In this document: positions 31,766-57,638 of the stretch, piece after piece
Position numbering within the stretch: the first letter of the stretch is position 1
How the letters are laid out: every line of letters starts with the position of its first letter
Source of the DNA: the human T2T-CHM13v2.0 reference genome, Homo sapiens
NCBI RefSeq assembly: GCF_009914755.1
Contig: NC_060934.1
Length of the DNA: 64,000 nt
Direction: 5' to 3' (one strand)
Notes under the pieces: model-generated
Database searches by the model: none
Told to the model about the DNA's origin: nothing
What the model saw: the letters and a program-made list of their open reading frames with translations, nothing else
Program-made: the position numbers and the translations under genes

Positions 31766-33145
31766 AACGGAAAATATTATGAGAGTCTTCACTATAGCAG
31801 GGAATGGCGCACCAGATAACGGCTCTGTTACTCATGGGGTCATCCATAGATCAACTGCAAAGGAATAACCTGGGGTGCTTGTTAAAAGTTCACACTCCTG
31901 GATCCTGCCCCATCCTGCTAATGGCAGCACCTACCTCACAGCATCATTGGGAGTATTAAACAAGACAATACAATAACTGTTATTTAAGCTATTATAGAAG
32001 GTCCATTTATGGCACAGATAAAGGAAGACAGGCCAATTAAGGTCTTTGGATTTATCCACTGTAAGTAAGATGATTATCATTGACTTGGATAAAGATAAGT
32101 AAAACATGAATAAGATAATCAATAGGACTCAACAGATAAAATTAACACAAAGTATATGAAGTGTAGCTTCTACAAGTATGGCAGATAAACCCTCCTCATT
32201 CAATACACCAAAAATTTTAGATGAAAAATAACAAACATCTTTTAATATATAGTTGAGCTCACAAGAAAGTATGGGAAATTTCCAGGGCTAAAAGATCTAA
32301 GACAAAGTAGAAATCCAGAATGGTATACTAGGGCTAAAACCTTTACTGCTCTGTGATACTTATTAATATCAGGCCATGGGAGATGTGGGTGGGGGAAATG
32401 TTATCAAGTCCCTGAAAATTTATAATACAGCTACACTCTCTTGTAAGTAGGGTTCAAATTCATTCTATCTATCTGGTCTATGAAATGAGGAAACCTCAAT
32501 CTGGAAATTAAAAAGCAGGTGAATGTGCGTGTGCACATGAACATGGGTAAACACATATGGGAACCTATTTTTAAACAAAACTTACTAGGCTTAGTGACAA
32601 TAGATGAAAGATAAACAAGTGTTCATTTTACTAATCTTTCATCTTTTCTATATGCTTGAAAATTCTCAAAAAGTTGGGAGGAAAAGTTAGGGGGAAAAAA
32701 GGAATGAGACAGATCTATTAATAATTAAATAGATCAGTCTTCCAAAATCTACTTTAATAATATCCACTTCTTAGGGTTGTTGTGAAGATCAAACAAGTTA
32801 ACACTTGTAAAGTATTTTGAACATGGCTTTGCACACAGCTAAAAGTCAGTACATCAGCTACTATTATTAGCATCATCTACACTCTTCATCATTAAGGAGA
32901 AAACATACATAGCAGTGAGTGCAGTACATTGCCATTTGTTTTTTAAAAGCCAGGGGAGGAAAAAAGAAAAAAACACAAGAATCTATGCAACAAATATTTT
33001 TGGAAGGATACACAGGAAACTGGCATCAGTGGTTACCTTTAGGAAGGGGGTAAAATGTTTGGAAGAAGACTTTTTCAAATGTTTGAACTGCTACCATGTA
33101 CACCAACTACTATTTTATTTTAAATATTAAGCTTCGAAGAGTTTT

Positions 33146-33500
33146 AGGAAGGAAGGAAGGAAAGGGAAGGGAAGGGAAGGGAAGGAAAGGAAAGGGAAGG
33201 GAAGGGAAGGGAAGGGAAGGGAAGGGAAGGGAAGGGAAGGGAAGGGAAGGAAAGGGAGGGGAGGGGAGGGAAGCGAAGGAAGGAAGGAAGGAAAGGAGGG
33301 AAGGAGGGAGGAAAGAAAAGAAGGAAGGAAGGAAAGGGAGGAAGGGAGGAAGGGACGAAGGAAGGAAGGCAGGAAGGCAGGAAGGAAGGAAGGAAGGAAG
33401 GCAGGAAGGCAGGAAGGAAGGAAGGAAGGAAGGAAGGAAGGCAGGAAGGCAGGAAGGCAGGAAGGCAGGCAGGCAGGCAGGAAGGCAGGCAGGCAGGCAG
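33146..33500 (+). repeat. Compound polypurine microsatellite (GGAAG)n-(GGAA)n-(GGCA)n
   Basis: Seen directly; ~350 bp with no T. Confidence 0.97.
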
Positions 33501-34201
33501 GTTGGCTCACCAGGTGATTCTAATGACTGGCTGGCTATGTTTGGGCCCGCTAAAACCAGTTACTTCTTAAGCTCTTAGGCTCTGTATTTCCCTTCAATTG
33601 GTACAAAAGGGTTCAGAACTGATAGCAGGAGAGTTAAACATAACATTTCTAATGCAAGGAGTCAGCATGTTTTAAAGAATCATCCAAATAAAGGCTGAGG
33701 ATAATCTGTTTCCTAAAGTCCTTCCAGAATGCCATCTACAGTAGCAGCTTCGGGGTAGAAAGGGTGGGATCCATCACATTCAAATAATGAAGGTGTGAGT
33801 TAACCCTTTCAGATTCAATTCATTGTGAAGACTAATTGTTAGTCAGATACTGTGCTAGGTTTTGTGGATACAGAAATGAAGATGACAAAGACGTCATCCA
33901 TAAAGAGTTCAGGCAAGTAATAAAAAAGCACTGCTTAAAATTACCTCTTCTGAGATCATATATACCAACTTAAAAAGATTACCAAGGTATATTAAGTATG
34001 GGAAAAAAGGTTACAAAAAAGATGTATAGTATCATTCCAATCAAATGGGGGAAAAAAGTATATGACCATGTACAAATAAACATGTGTGACTTGTACATGT
34101 ATATGTAGTAAGATACATAATCAAAATACCAATAATTAGCTATGGAACAAGGAATGGGATATAAAAGGATTGTAGGCAGGGGAAGAATATGTACAGATTA
34201 A

Positions 34202-34574
<373 letters not shown>

Positions 34575-34685
34575 TAATGGCTTACTTTTATATAAAAGAA
34601 TCACCTAGTATTAATACAATAGTGAGGTCCAAAATAGTCTAACAGTGTTAGCTTATTTTAACAAACAAGAGTCACCAGAATATCA

Positions 34686-34856
<171 letters not shown>

Positions 34857-34959
34857 TTATTTCCAAATTATTTTTATAGCTATACCAAATACACCACCAA
34901 TACTGCAAATAAATATAAACAAAGTAAATAAACATAAAGAATACAATGAATATACTTCA

Positions 34960-38883
<3,924 letters not shown>

Positions 38884-38934
38884 ACCTAAATCTTATAGTA
38901 CACATATACTAATTTTCCTTATTACAAAATTATC

Positions 38935-39560
<626 letters not shown>

Positions 39561-40064
39561 AATAAAATAAAGAAGGAAAAGCTTTTCTCTTTAAAAACAA
39601 CAACAACAACAAAAAAAGCCCACTAATAAGCTCATGAAAGGAAGGGCTCTGGTTCCATTGTACCTGTTCGGTCTGAAGTTTCTGGTCATTGAGTGACCTG
39701 ACTACCGAAATATGGATTTAGCCTGTTAAGACTCCCTCACACTTTACCATTCTAACTCTGGTTTATATGTGGGGACCCTAGAGCACATAAAAATCAGGAT
39801 TAAATACATACAATTTTACAAATACAGTCACCTTCCAATCATGCATCAAGTGAAAAATTGTTTTACCAATTGTTTACTGTTATTTTCATTATATAACTTT
39901 CTTTGAAAGATGAGACAAAATACTTTTAAGGCTAGAATGCTTCTAATCCTGTTCACAGAAGAAAAAGCACCTCAAAAATAAAGAGCAACTCAGCTTTCCT
40001 ATTAGTCTGAATACTCACTTTGTTGATTCATGCATCAGAGGAGTTCATTTAAAAACTAGAAAGA

Positions 40065-40383
40065 GGCCAGGGGCAGTGGTTCATGCCTGTAATCCCAGAA
40101 CTGGGAGGCCAGGCCAAGGCAAGTGGATCACCTGAGGTCAGGAGTTCAAGACCAGCCTAGCCAACACGGTGAAACCCTGTCTCTAATAAAAATACAAAAA
40201 TTGGCTGGGTGTGGTTGGTGGCCGCCTATAATCCCAGGTACTCCCGAGGCTGAGGCAGAAGAATCACTTGAACCCAGGAGGCAAAGATTGCAGTGAGCTG
40301 AGATTGTGCCACTGAATTCCACCCTGGGTGACAAGAGCAAAACTCTGTCTCAAAGAAAAAACAAAAAATAAATTAAAAAAAAG
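40065..40383 (+). mobile_element. AluS element
   Basis: Alu consensus match. Confidence 0.9.
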
Positions 40384-40754
40384 AAGGAAAAGGACAGGCT
40401 AGGAAAGCCAGTAAGCCAGATACAATCTAAAGTATGACAGCCAGCCTTCACAATATAGTTTTTAAAAATACTGAGAATGGAACCATACCAAAATATAAAC
40501 TTAAAAACATCCTAATGCCAGACATAAACTTTTATATTTCCATTGCTTCCTCCCTGTTGGCAACAACAGTCTAGTTGACTGTCAACTCAAATCGTCTTTT
40601 TGCTTATTTTGAACATAACAGAGTATGTTCTACTACATGCAGTACAGGAGTCACATGCATAAGAATAAACTTACATAAAAGGAAATACATCAGGCTATGA
40701 GTCCTACTTTGTAAAGGAGAATGGTTTAAATGCCATGCAATTCTCTGCATTTAA

Positions 40755-41411
<657 letters not shown>

Positions 41412-41633
41412 TCATTATGTTAATAAATTAACATTCCTAAATAATCATTTTATAGTGAAACATAATACTTTGCAAAAGATTCTCTGGCCCATTAGGCTAT
41501 TAACTTTTCCCTAGAAATATGAATATTTCAAATCAAAATAGAATCATATGAATGAAAAGCACACCCTTCCAGATTTATACCTTCAGGTATCTCAATTATG
41601 CACCAATCCTGTCAGCACTGGCACTCTTCAAAT

Positions 41634-41843
41634 AAGTGGTTCTCAGCCACGGGCAATTTTGCCCTTCCAGGCATTTGTCTGAAGACATTTTTGGTTGTCC
41701 TAACAAGGGTAGGGGCTGCTACTGGCATCTAGTGGATGGAGGCCAGGGATGCTGCTAAACATCCTACAATGCACAAGACAACTCCAACAACAACAAAGAA
41801 TCTGGCCCCAAGTGGCGATACTGCTAAAGTTGAAAAGTCTTGC
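41634..41843 (+). mobile_element. MER20 hAT-Charlie DNA transposon
   Basis: AGTGGTTCTCA...GGCCAGGGATGCTGCTAAACATCCTACAATGCACA signature. Confidence 0.85.
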
Positions 41844-43012
41844 TTCAGATTTTAAAAATATTTTAATGATAGTCTAATAGTTATAATGTACAGTCAATGT
41901 AAAACAGCAAAATAAAATCTAAGCAGAAATATCATCTTGAATTCCCCTAGAAAAACAGAAATAAAGTCTCAAAAACTGCCTGCAAAGTGCTTAGAAATGT
42001 AAGATGCCTAAGAAAGCTAACAGCAAGTACTCTAGGACTAATTAGCAATAGCTGTAACCTAACATTTATTGCACACTTGCTATTGGCTAAATTTAGCTTT
42101 TTTAATTTAAAAAAGTGTATTATTTCATTTAGTATTCAAAATAAGTCTATGAAATTATTATCATTACCATCACTTCTGTTTTACGAATTAAAAAAAAAAA
42201 AAACTAGTTAGGCATGATGGCTCATGCCAGGAGTCCCAGGAAAAGCACTTGATCCCAGGAGTTCCAGGCTGCAGTGAGCTCCACTGCACTCCTGCCTGGG
42301 CAACAGAATAAGACCTTTGTCTCTAAAAATAAAATAAAAATATTAACAGCAAAACAAAACTGAAGCCTAAGACTTGTTCCAGGTCACACAGCTAGTAAGC
42401 AGTTGAACTTTCAATTTTGTTTTGGATCCAGGTATACTTCCAAAGCCCCAGGCCTTTCCACCTTCTACTTTGAAGATCACTCATTAACTCAACCAGTACT
42501 TACTCAGCATCTATTTTATGTGGGAAATATGTCAGCAAATAGTCCCTGCCCTCGTGGAACTTACATTCTAGGGGATAAAATAAAAATGGACCCTAGATAT
42601 ATAATAAAATGTCAGCTGGTGATTAAATCCTATTAAGAAAAATAAAGGAGAGCGAAAAGCCAGAGAGTGACTTGAGCTGCTATTTTAGATAAGTAGTCTA
42701 GATAGGCCTCTCTGAGAAGGTGACAGCTGAGCCTAGGAATCAGTGAGGAAACAATCATACAAATGTTTGGAAAAAAGGCAAATATATGCATGTTTATTCA
42801 AGCCTTTTATGACACAGTGGTTTAACTTAGATCATTTATGTGAGGCATACTCAATTGCTACAGAAAACTACTTGAGACACAAGAGTCCTGCCTATAGTTC
42901 ACAAGTGAACAACAAAGGGAGGGGGAAGTGAAAAGCAGTAAACACTCAATTTGTTACTTATGTGCCAAATGCATATTCTATATACAGACAACTGTTCTTA
43001 ATTAAGAATTTT

Positions 43013-43944
<932 letters not shown>

Positions 43945-43949
43945 TCAAA

Positions 43950-44310
43950 AATCAAAGAACAGAAATAAAGAGAAGAATGGTGCTTGCCAGGGCACAGGGG
44001 GTGAGGGAAAAGGGGAGATATTGGCCAAAGCCTACAGACTTTTCAGTTATAAAATGAGTAAGTTCTGGGGATCTAATATACTCCATGGTGATAACAGTTA
44101 ATAATATCATATTGTACACTTGAAATTTGTTTAGACAGTAGATCTTAAATGTTCTCACCACACACACACAAAGGTAACTGTGATGTGACCGATGTGGTAA
44201 CTAACTTGATTGTGGTAATCATTTCACGATGTATATCAAATCATCACATTGTACTCTTTAAATATATACAATTTTATCAGTTATATTTCAATAAAGCTGG
44301 GGGAAAAATG
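43950..44310 (+). mobile_element. L1MA/MB 3' end
   Basis: AGTAGATCTTAAATGTTCTCACCACAC...CAATAAAGCTGGGGGAAAAA. Confidence 0.8.
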
Positions 44311-45339
44311 AGGGAATGTATAAACAAAGATTTGGAAATAGATGCATTCATTAAAATTTCAAAGAAAGTAAAAGGAAGTTTTCTTCATAGAAAATTAGAT
44401 GAAGAAAAAAGTTAAGAAAAAAATTTAGTTGTTTTAGAGTTAACCTGACTCACAAAGTATTTTATTTGGAATTAAAAACATCATGTGTATAACCAAAAAT
44501 TAACCTTGATTTAAAATAACATCTGACATTTGTGTAATGTCCTAATGTCCACAAACAGTTCCATCAGGTAAGTATTGTCACTCTAAGGTGAAAAATCTTT
44601 CACTCAAAGAGGTTGACTTGGCCAAGACAACAGAGCTGGCAAATGCCAATGGGTATCTTCCAAATACCAGACATCAGAATTATGATTATTCCACTCACCC
44701 GTGCTGTCACTGTTCTGACAGGATGAAGCAAAAAAGAGAAACCAATTTTCTACCCTATTCCTCATATTTTTAGGTAAATTTAACACCTTGTAACTGGTTC
44801 ATTTCTAATAACCGTATTTGAAAAAGCTCTAAAGCTCCACTCACAAAGCTCAGATTTTAACTTTGCATTTGTTAGCATGTGGCCTTGAGCAAGTTACTTT
44901 TTCTCTCTCTGCGCTTCAGGTAACTCATCTGTACAATGGGGATAACAGCACATGTCACAGAGAGTTCTTGTGAAGAATCCATGAACTAATAAATGTAATA
45001 TACCAGGCACCTAATTATCAGCATATACATGTTTACTGCTATTATTATTAAATGTATAACATCTTATAATTTATAAGGGAGGTATGAAAATGGTAAGAGT
45101 CTAGATCTCAGTAAAGTGGGAAGAGGCATCAGAGATAATCTCAAGAGGAAGGTCTAAAAGAATAGGTACAGGCTACAGGAAAATGAGAAAGTTACCCTAT
45201 AAAATGCAAGAATAGCAGCAGCACTGATGGTTCAAGTACAAAAGCATACAGTTTATTCACATAATATAGTATTACAGTAAGGATATGAATAGCAACAGCA
45301 GGCATTTGTTTGGGGGTAATATCAAGAAGGGCCTTGGAG

Positions 45340-45790
45340 TCTTGAAGAGATACTTGCAAACCCAAGTTCACAGTAGCATTATTAACAACAGCCAAAAAGC
45401 AGAAGGAACCCAGATGTCCATTAATGGATGAATAAACAAAATGTGGTATATACATACAATGCAATATTATTGAGCCTTAAAAAGAAATGAAATTCTGACA
45501 TGTTACAACATGGATAAATGAGGACATTAGGCTAAATGAAATAAGCCAGTCATGAAATGAAAAGTATATGATTTCACCTACATGAGGTATCATGAGTAGT
45601 CAAACTCAGCAACAGAAAGTAGAATGGTGGTTGCCAGGGACTGAGGGCAAGTGGAAATAGTGTTGTTTAACGAATACAGTGTTTCAGATTTGCAAAGTGA
45701 AAAAGTTCTGCAGATTGGTTGTCCAACAGTGTGAATATATAATAACACTACTGAAACGTACACATAAAAATGGTTAAGATGGTAAATTTT
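45340..45790 (+). mobile_element. L1MB 3' fragment
   Basis: GATGAATAAACAAAATGTGGTATATACATACAATG...AAAATGGTTAAGATGGTAAATTTT. Confidence 0.8.
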
Positions 45791-46258
45791 AAACTATCAT
45801 GAAAACAGAACTTCACATATCCAAAACTGTATTATTATTTACTGAACGATAATCAATTATTCTGTTCTCTAAATTTTAATGTTTTAAACCAATGAATTTA
45901 GAATGCAGATTTTAAGAAAAAGTTGTGGAATTTTATGACTTGTTATTTCCTTTTGAGTTTCTCTTAGTTTTGACAATATACTTCTACATTCTTTCAAAAG
46001 TGAAAAATTTTGAGTTGTCTATAAAAATTTCTAGCACGTTAATACATTTACACTATTTAACATATTGAACTCAGATATCTGAAAAACTCGACATTTGCTC
46101 ACACATTCAGCAACTATACATTTATTGTTCAACTACTATGTGCATGATTCTAATGTGCAAGTAAAAATGAACAAAATGGTATTTTCCTTTAAAGAATTTT
46201 ATCTCGAATCCCTGTGCCTGTGAGGGAAAAAAAATAACCTAAAGGTATAAAAAACTTA

Positions 46259-47176
<918 letters not shown>

Positions 47177-47673
47177 TCAGTCAAACAACTTCATTAATTA
47201 ATTTCAGTTGTAGTCTGGCATTCTCCAATCATCCCCATAAGATGTTAGGTAAGGAGTAACGCTAGCAACTAGACGAGTGCCAAAGAATGCTTAGAATTCC
47301 TTCAGCTCTGTAAAGAAAAAAAGACTACCTCATAAATCTGTAAGAAAATACTGGAGAAATAATACACCAATAAAAGCACTAGAAATCACAAACCAAGATA
47401 ACAAAACAACGCACATTAAAGAAAATAAAAATTTACTAAGAAGGAAACCTAAATAACAAGACACAACTATCTATAGCCCAGAGATCTAGATTTGAGCCAT
47501 AATGAAGTCAGGGTGTAAAGAATCCCTGGTAGAAATTAGTTTTTCATCCAGGCAGGAATCCAGGAAGTACCATGGTGATTTTCAAACATTCTCATCAGGA
47601 AAAAAACAATGTCCAGTACAAATAAAATGGAGCCCATATGCACTGCCTAGGTCAATAAAAGCAACTTTATTAA

Positions 47674-48045
<372 letters not shown>

Positions 48046-49035
48046 ATAGGATAGATTTTTATATTGTTTATGGAGGTTACTATTCTAGCCATTTTATGAC
48101 AATTAGTCATCTTCAAATATTATCCCACAACACATAATTATAAAATATTTCCACAATCTTGATAAAAAAAATTGTTGACTTCTTTTGTCAGGTATCAACA
48201 AAGCATGTACAAGGTAATGAGTTACTGAAACCATGTGAGGTTAGATTAAAAAGAGGACAGATCATAGTTTTGACAGAAATAACAGAGCAATAATTCCAGA
48301 TAAGAGATATACTAATGGAAAATAGCTCTAGTTTATACATGAGATATAAACTAATGGAAAACTAATGGAGAGATATACTAAATTTTTAAATAACAAAACA
48401 TGCATGGTTACATCAGGCTGGGATAAAGGTGGTTATCAGAGGATGATGAAAAGAGAGAGAGAAGACTGGTCAGGTAGATTCCATAGAAGGCTAAGCAGGA
48501 GTGAATTTTGTTAAGAACAAATCATAGTAAATCACAGTGACTTGTAGACTTAATTACAGTGCAGAGTTTCTAGCACATAGTGGGTTCTCAAATATTTGTT
48601 TAATTAAAGCCTGTAAGCACAGAAATGGTAACACTAGTATTTGAGAAACATTATTCTAGGAATGTCGAAAATGGGAGGAATAAGTGTAAGAAAGGAAAAG
48701 TAGACCAGCTTGTTTGCTAAATATGCTAATTTCTAGACTGCCCTCTGGGGCATCAACTAAGACAGCCATTGGCCTAAATACTCTACCTCTCTGTATAAAT
48801 ATGTTTCCAAACAACCAAATTATCATTATTTTGCTGCAGATATTTTATAACCAAGCCAAAGCACACACTAGTATTAAAGGCTTGGTTTAGACAATACAAA
48901 TAAACGGAGTAAATAAAAGACCTCGTAAGTACTCTGTATTCCAAAATCTAGGACAAAATAAAATAATTCTCAAACAGAGGCACTGCCACCTACATTACCT
49001 CACCCAAAGTAACTCACTTTAAGATATAACTTGTG

Positions 49036-49512
<477 letters not shown>

Positions 49513-50590
49513 TCAAATTATACCTCTTCATGCCAAGCAGCTGGGAACAGCTTCAACTTTTCTTCAGAGAAAACAATGAGTTTGTGACTTCATTTTTTTT
49601 TTAATGGCTAGAACCTGTCTTAATTTCTGGAATAAGTTTTTTGTAGTAACCAAAAGTGGCGGCAAAGTTACATCGGACCAAGGGATTCTTAAAGGACTGC
49701 ACTGCAGAGGAAAGTACAGAGGTTAGGAGTGTTTTACACTGTATGACTGGAGACCCAGTAAGGAAAAAATAAAACCATTTCACGTTTATACCCAGATTTA
49801 AGATTCCTCAGTAAACCAGTTGTACTACTTTTCCATTCTTATCTCTCAACACATTCCTGAAATCCTGGCACTCCATCATACTTTACTAGCCCAACCAGTC
49901 TAACTCAAAGATTCCCCCAACTTGCGTATTAACATTTCAATGGCTTTGTTCTCAACTAGAATGTTCTTCCCTTAGGTCTATCTGAAGTCTATGTTTAAAG
50001 GACCAATTCTAATGTCACATCTTCCTCCAAATTTTCTCTCATCACAAGTACAAAAATAGTCTCTCAGGGTAAATTTAAAAACACTGCATTTACACTCATC
50101 AAGCACATAGAGCCTTTCTTGTGACCTTTTTGAAGAGGCAGCATTTAGCCTTTTAAATGATCTTTGTACTTGCACGAAGATGGAACCTCCCTCTGAACTG
50201 AATCAAACTCTTAAGTCTCATGCAATATGACAGTAATAATAAATCTAACAAACATATTCTCTACTACATTTACACGCATTTTTGCAAATGCTCTTCAGTG
50301 GCTATACAAATGAAGGTGGGGTCAACTGGGTTTACACAGTGATCTAGGGAGCAAACAGCATTCAGTGGATGGAAAACAGGTTGTAAGATGACAATGTGGA
50401 AGACAGTATAGAACAACAAAAACGTGTCATCCTGCTGGATATTCATCTAGATTTAAAAAGCTGTTTATTTGGTTACCTAAGCTTAGAATGTTTTACATAT
50501 CCTCCTCCTGTAAATTAAGGAAGACTCAGATTAACCTCAAAAGGCAAGTACTTTCTGTAACTTCTGTCAGCAATATGCTCATGACTTTAA

Positions 50591-51618
<1,028 letters not shown>

Positions 51619-52069
51619 AATGCTTGTACAAAGCAAATTTACACTCATATATATATATAGTAATTACAATTATAGATTATAATACCTTTTAGCAACTCTT
51701 ACTCATTAGGAGAAATACTATAATACAGTACAGTCACAAAATTCCTTTTAACTCAAATACTTTTTCTCCCTTAGAGTTGTTTCTGTTTCTGACACAGTAC
51801 TACAGGACCAATTCACACTTCGAAATCATTTCAGTGGGTGAGAACTGGTTTCGCTCTTACTGGAGCTCATCAGCTGTAGGCAACTGGTCAAGAAACAATT
51901 TTTTACTTGCCTTAAAGTCAACCATTACCCACTCTGGAACTTATTTTTTAATGAAAGAACTCACATTTCTACAAAATTATTTCCATACAAGAGCCACGTA
52001 AATGAAAACACTGTCTTCTGGTTCCATTTCCTGTTTTTCTAATTAGCAGTATAAACAACAAAAAATTTA

Positions 52070-52484
52070 GGTTTGATAAACTGCAAATATTGCCCCTATA
52101 TATAACATCACTATTGTAAAATCTAAGATTGGTTCAAGGTATTTTTCAGACCCTGCATTTTGATGGACCAGCTGATGCCTGCCACCTGGACCACTAAACT
52201 GGCTCGACTGGTCTTGTGACTTGGCACAAGAAGACAGCCTCAACCCCTTATGAGTCATCCCCGACCCAACCAATCAGCATTCCCCATTCCCTAGCCCCCT
52301 GCCCACCAAATTATCCTTAAAAAACCCTAGTCTCCTAATTTTCAGGGAGATTGGTTTGAGTAATTAACTTCTTACTACTACTTGGCTGCCTCTGCATTTC
52401 TTAAAACTTTCTCTATTGCAATACTGCTGTCTCAGTAAACTGCCTCTATCTGTGCAGCAGGCAAGAACCTGTCAGGCGATTACA
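52070..52484 (+). mobile_element. ERV1 (MER4-group, LTR8/MER39-like) LTR fragment
   Basis: CCAACCAATCAGCA, CCCACCAAATTATCCTTAAAAA, and 3' end GGCAAGAACCTGTCAGGCGATTACA. Confidence 0.7.
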
Positions 52485-52855
52485 AACTCACAGATATTCA
52501 GTAACAGGTTATCAAACAAACTAGTCTCATGCAAAGGTACTAAGAGATACATTTCCAAACTAGATGTTCATTTTTACCAAATACATATTGAGCATCTATT
52601 AATATGTATTCTAGGTGTTGGGAACATGGCAGTGAATAAAACAGAAATCCTCATTTTATTCTTCGTGTTTTACTGCCAATAAACACTACAGTATTATGAA
52701 TTCTACAGTATTTAATGTTACAGTATTTTAACTTTAAGGTTTGCCAGGGCTCCATCAGAAGCTAAGTAAGAAATGCAGAAGTGTTTTAAGTATATTAAGA
52801 GAAATTTGGCTTCATTCACAGACTATAAATTTTTAAATTATAAACTGTAGTACCA

Positions 52856-55190
<2,335 letters not shown>

Positions 55191-55321
55191 TGAAGCCTAG
55201 TATCTTTAAAAAAAATTTTTTTTCAAGTTATAAGCCTGCATTACATTAAAAAGTTTGGGTTAATGTTTAAATTTTGAAGACACCTTTGGCCAGAGTTGGT
55301 TAATTTGGTATGCTCTACTTT

Positions 55322-55424
55322 ATTAAAAACATGAACTGATAGTCTACCGTGGGATTATGTAGTAAGTGCGGTAGACATTACATAGTCTACATAATCCCAC
55401 AATTATCAGTTCAAGTGTCTTAAT
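55322..55424. repeat. Compound inverted repeat
   Basis: Three perfect complementary pairs of 10, 8 and 14 bp (see findings). Confidence 0.9.
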
Positions 55425-57638
55425 GATAGACAAATGTTAATAAGAAATACACTCACAATCCAATCAAAACTATGCTGGTGCTGATTTCCACTTTGTGTCT
55501 ACTGTCCCTTCATCTCAGTATTTTTCCTTTTTCTTACTTTTTAGCCCAAATACATTTTTTAAATCTCAGTAGCTAAGAAAGTTCAAAGCAGTTTGAAACA
55601 ATAGATTAAATTATCTATGATCTCACTGCTGCCCCTAAAATGAATACTAAGTATAACATTTGCAATACTGTAAACTCAGTGATATGTTTATGAGAAATTG
55701 AAAAACCAGCTTTAGTTATTTTAAGGTAGAGATAAAAGAAAAACCTAAGTTTTACTAAAAGAAAAAAAATTTCAGGGTAAGGATTCTTACTTTAACACGA
55801 AACTGTTGCATGAATTTGAGAAACTAGTGCAGATTACCAGTCCTTCTTCAAAGGGAAAGATTATTTTCTAAATCTCCAAATAAAGCTGCTTTGTGCTTCA
55901 ACCTACTGTCTCTTCCTGGAGTCAGTATACTGCAATGCTTTTATCTTCACTCTGTGATGTCAGCATAAAGCTGCAAATAGATGTTTCTAAACTGAACATA
56001 CTAAGCAATCATTAGCTATGCTGTCACTGCATAGCATTAAAGGACAACTCTACTTTATGGGTGAAAGAACTAAAAGGTTAGAGTGGTCACTGTGATACAC
56101 ACCAGCCAACCCTTTCCGTTAGCAATAAATAGGACTCAAAAGCCAATGACACACTATGGAATCTCCACTGTTTAAAGAAACCTTAAGTTTATATGCAGTT
56201 ATTCTGAATTTAACAGGGCCTTTAAAAAACAAACACAATCCATGCATTTCCAGGGAGAATCTTCAGTAATCATACGTTTGCCTATTATGCTGTAAAAAGT
56301 TTTAATTCTTAATACTGCAAGATTCGTGATCTAATATCTTCACTGCATTAAAAATAACATGAAAAGACCAGAAATAAAAGAGAAAAATGAACCTAGCCAA
56401 TCATTACTGTTTTTTATTTGTGTAATGTTGGATAAAGAATTGAAGTTACACAGGGAACAGTGTACATTACACACAGAGATAGTTCAGTTTCACTATCAAT
56501 CTCTCTTGAACCTGAATCCTTCCCACGAGATGAACACTCGGTAAATATTAAGGTGTACTTGATAGTTGGGAAAGCCACACCCACAACTAGCATACCTAAA
56601 TAGATAATAGCAGATTAATTTCTTCTGAATGACTACCAGCACACCTCTTGAAACCCTGATTTACTGAACACCTTAGAAGACAACACCCGGCCTATCGTTT
56701 TGGAAGAAAAAAAAGCTGGGCATCAAAGGAACATGACACACATGCAGAGAAAACGGCCAAGTACCTGGGACTGTACTGCGTATTTTTACTATATTCTCTC
56801 TTCTGATTTCCACAGGTAACAAGATTATCAAGTGAAAGAAGTAGGATTCTAATCCAGATGTTCTGACTCGAAATCCAGGACTTTTTCCTCTAAACAAAAT
56901 CAAGATGGGAATATTAGGTGAAGTTGTTAAACTGTTAACAGCTAAGCAATACTCACACCTGCACTGTTTCCCAAGATTGCTACTTAGGGACACGTAGAAG
57001 GGTTTTTGTTTTGTTTTTGCCATTTTTCATTACTGATGGAGACATAAATCTGAAACCCCTTCCTTACCAACCAAGGTTTATGAAATGCCTTGACGTCCTT
57101 GAAAGACAACATAAAGAACAGTATCCACCACTCCAAAGAATCACTTCTAAGGAACTTAGAATCACAGTAATGGAAGTGTTTGGAAGAGGGTAACAAGTCT
57201 TCACAACAGTAAATATAAAACACCCACATACAGTCAACTTGAGACGAAAAACGAAATAGGCGATTGAGTCTAGGAAAGATTCTCGAGCAGGTAGGGCTTG
57301 GCTGCAGTTCACACGCAGCCCAGGCAATGGGCTCGAATTCAGACGCTCTCGAGGCACAGCCCCCACGACCCCCGCTGACCCCTCTTTGCCACCTCCAAGG
57401 TCCCGGAACCGAAGGAGGAAGGCAGGGAGAGGAAAGGGCTTGAAACCCGTTCCCCAGCCCTCCCCTTCCTCCGCGCCCTCAAAGGAGCCAGGCGGGGAGC
57501 CCGCTCGACCTCGACCTCCACCTCGCACTCGCCCTCGCCCCCGCCACGGAACGTGCAGGAAGGAGCGGAAGGCTGGCAGCCCCACCGCACCGCCACCGCG
57601 ACTCACCGGTGTGCCCCGAGTACCCCTCAGACACTTAC

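Noticed and set aside
33096-33578. 160 aa and 127 aa ORFs on opposite strands
   Set aside because: Translations of the microsatellite.
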